A stretch of DNA of 33,486 bases from Candidatus Omnitrophota bacterium (GTDB lineage: Bacteria > Omnitrophota > Gorgyraeia > Gygaellales > JAHJCI01). The stretch spans positions 1-33,486 of the forward strand of contig JBDRHJ010000099.1 in assembly GCA_043816835.1 (NCBI GenBank), in the 5' to 3' direction. Both the position numbers and the translations under genes were made by a program. The notes under the pieces were generated by a model. That model was not told where the DNA came from. It searched no databases and was given only the letters and a program-made list of their open reading frames with translations. Within the stretch, counting starts at the first letter, position 1. Each line of letters starts with the position of its first letter. This document shows positions 32,891 to 33,486 of the stretch, one piece after another.

Positions 32891-33283
32891 ACAAGTAAAC
32901 AAATTTTACTTGTTGATATGTCAAACCTTATCTCGAAATTTTCGACGTTCACTCCCCATAGGGGAAACTGCGTTTCCCCTTGTGGCGCTCCCTCGCTTAT
33001 TGCTCGGTCGCTGTCAACCCCTTCCTTCTTATTAAAAACGTTAATCTTAAGAGGGAAACAATTCCTTCGACTTCGCTCAGGATGCTTCAAAGGATGCTGA
33101 GAGAAATCGAAGCACTTTCCCTCTTAATAAACTCCCTTTTAGGCTTTTAGCAGTAAGTGCCTTCGGAAAATGCTGAAATATATCCGCTTTCAGCGGATAA
33201 CTGCTAAAAACCTTGTCACTCGCGACTCCCTAATCCCTCACTGCTGGCTACTCGCTGCTATCTTAAGGGAAACGGTCTTTCCC
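32891..33283. repeat. Non-coding array of at least five independent hairpin modules
   Basis: (1) ACAAGTAAA-caaat-TTTACTTGT, 32891-32913. (2) GGGGAAAC-tgc-GTTTCCCC, 32961-32979. (3) TTAAGAGGGAAA ... TTTCCCTCTTAA, 33047-33127, enclosing a 16-bp inner stem with 2 mismatches. (4) TTTTAGCAG ... CTGCTAAAA, 33145-33209, enclosing TATCCGCT-ttc-AGCGGATA. (5) GGGAAA-cggtc-TTTCCC, 33267-33283. Modules 3 and 5 share the flanks CTTAAG.GGGAAAC ... TTTCCC.(C)TTTAATAA..(T/C)CCCTTTTAGG.TTTT. Confidence 0.8.
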
Positions 33284-33313
33284 CTTTAATAATTCCCCTT
33301 TTAGGTTTTTTTT

Positions 33314-33348
33314 CTAACAACTAACAACTAAAAACTAATAACTAACAA
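33314..33348. repeat. Tandem heptanucleotides CTAACAA CTAACAA CTAAAAA CTAATAA CTAACAA
   Basis: Five units in period-7 register, read directly. Confidence 0.85.
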
Positions 33349-33386
33349 GAACCTATGTCACTCGCTTCTTTTCTCTGACAACTAAT

Positions 33387-33486
33387 CCCTCGGCTTCGCT
33401 CGGGGTTTAAGAGTCATAAGCCCTAAGTCTTAAGTCATAAGTTTCCAAACTTACAACCTATAACTTAAAACTTACGACTTTCTTAT
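33387..33486. repeat. Family C element, copy 3; it runs to the right edge of the window
   Basis: CCCTCGGCTTCGCTCGGGGTTTAAGAGTCATAAGCCCTAAGTCTTAAGTCATAAGTTTCCAAACTTACAACCTATAACTTAAAACTTACGAC aligns with copies 1 and 2. Confidence 0.9.

Noticed and set aside
32685-33100. Three mutually overlapping ORFs next to the tRNA: 32685-33035 (+), 32869-33090 (-) and 32918-33100 (+)
   Set aside because: The first runs antisense through the tRNA-Thr gene. All three traverse palindromic repeats, which creates ORFs on both strands. The minus-strand one needs a TTG start with no RBS.
32792-33386. Known housekeeping RNAs (tmRNA, RNase P RNA, SRP RNA, 6S RNA) in the large non-coding regions 15407-15864 and 32792-33386
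   Set aside because: I could not find the signature strings: GGAAAGTCCGGGC-type P4 sequences, the GGAAGCAGCC SRP domain IV motif, or a tRNA-like 3' end with GGTTCGAATCC...CCA. A 6S-like fold cannot be excluded by eye, so I make no call.
32792-33486. A possible CRISPR array, suggested by the many short palindromic repeats
   Set aside because: The repeats differ in sequence, are not regularly spaced and are not separated by unique spacers of constant length. No cas genes are present in the window.

Overview
This is a 33.5-kb window from a moderately AT-rich bacterial chromosome, probably an uncultivated anaerobic diderm. The surA-pdxA-rsmA operon, SecDF/YajC, several lipoproteins, NfnAB and ApbE point that way. 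All 33 protein genes and the one tRNA I can support lie on the minus strand. Many are packed into tight operons with ATGA or TAATG overlaps.

The gene content is almost entirely housekeeping:
- glyQS (5' fragment), panB, nfnB/nfnA, apbE
- a frameshifted polX, a stand-alone receiver protein, panE
- recO-ybeY-pgpH-phoH, a LysM lipoprotein, aspS-hisS-hup
- a small Cys-rich 'two-CW'-like protein, a LysM-amidase
- rsmA-pdxA-surA, mfd, secDF-yajC, rpsP, trpE
- a his cluster (hisI, hisF, lipoprotein, hisA, hisH, hisB, hisD) and tRNA-Thr(UGU)

I see no recognisable defence island, prophage, IS element or CRISPR array.

The layer the gene calls do not explain is the non-coding DNA. Nearly every spacer longer than about 60 nt carries dispersed palindromic or hairpin repeats, which fall into at least five sequence families. 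Several also carry tandem heptanucleotide arrays of the STRR type. These modules are shuffled mosaically between loci. One heptamer array runs into the 5' end of apbE. About 600 nt next to the tRNA is an uninterrupted series of hairpins.

Secondary observations:
- An orphan two-CW-like Cys-rich gene sits beside a 458-nt AT-rich gap.
- Several core proteins are domain-minimised: Mfd lacks D1a/D1b/D3/D7, AspRS lacks the GAD insertion, and PgpH lacks its extracytoplasmic domain.
- polX has a single-base homopolymer frameshift.
- A coiled-coil peptidoglycan-binding lipoprotein is embedded in the his cluster.

All family assignments rest on motif recognition by eye. No database search or folding calculation was run.
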